A program made the position numbers and the translations under genes. Of a stretch of DNA of 64,000 bases, positions 63,925-64,000 are shown one piece after another; the stretch's first letter is position 1; the number at the start of each line of letters is the position of its first letter. The DNA comes from Haplodiscus bocki (lineage: Eukaryota). The DNA lies in contig OZ296648.1 in assembly GCA_965655095.1 (NCBI GenBank), positions 115,010,001-115,074,000 on the forward strand. The letters run 5' to 3'. Below the pieces are notes generated by a model that saw nothing but the letters and a program-made list of their open reading frames with translations, had not been told where the DNA came from and did not search any database.

Positions 63925-64000
63925 TCCAATTCAACTTTTTACTCCTAAATCAAAAAACCAGTTATTTTGTTCTTCCATATCTTTCACAGAAACCTTTCTG

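Noticed and set aside
63585-63934. ORFs containing X runs
   Set aside because: Artefacts of the 200-N assembly gap.

Overview
This is AT-rich (roughly 37% GC by eye) eukaryotic, metazoan-type DNA, not prokaryotic. The repeat style is reminiscent of acoel worm assemblies, but this is unverified. Conserved genes sit as islands among degraded transposons. On the minus strand are a frameshifted SLC22-like transporter (1660-2755), GEMIN6 (6162-6680) followed 2 nt later by TMEM242 (5767-6159), CIAPIN1/anamorsin (21960-22739) and NUP62. The first coding exon of NUP62 (50941-51037, missed by the ORF track) lies across a ~26.3 kb intron from its main exon (23216-24687). That intron contains an antisense CHST-like sulfotransferase gene (25533-34195), a Polinton/Maverick PolB fragment, a ~177-bp tandem array, and Gypsy and LINE relics. 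Other mobile DNA includes Helentron-like non-autonomous elements (one carrying tandem tRNA-Gln-like modules), an internally deleted hAT element, a FLYWCH-MULE element, a full-length CRE-clade retroelement with a long TSD, and I/Jockey-like LINEs. The most notable signal is at the GEMIN6/TMEM242 junction, where the GEMIN6 stop codon TAG doubles as a 3' splice acceptor 2 nt before the TMEM242 ATG. Splice acceptors also lie 2-10 nt before the ATG of most genes here. Together this suggests operon-like polycistronic transcription resolved by spliced-leader trans-splicing, or by alternative acceptor use. All family calls are from motif recognition by eye; no searches were run.
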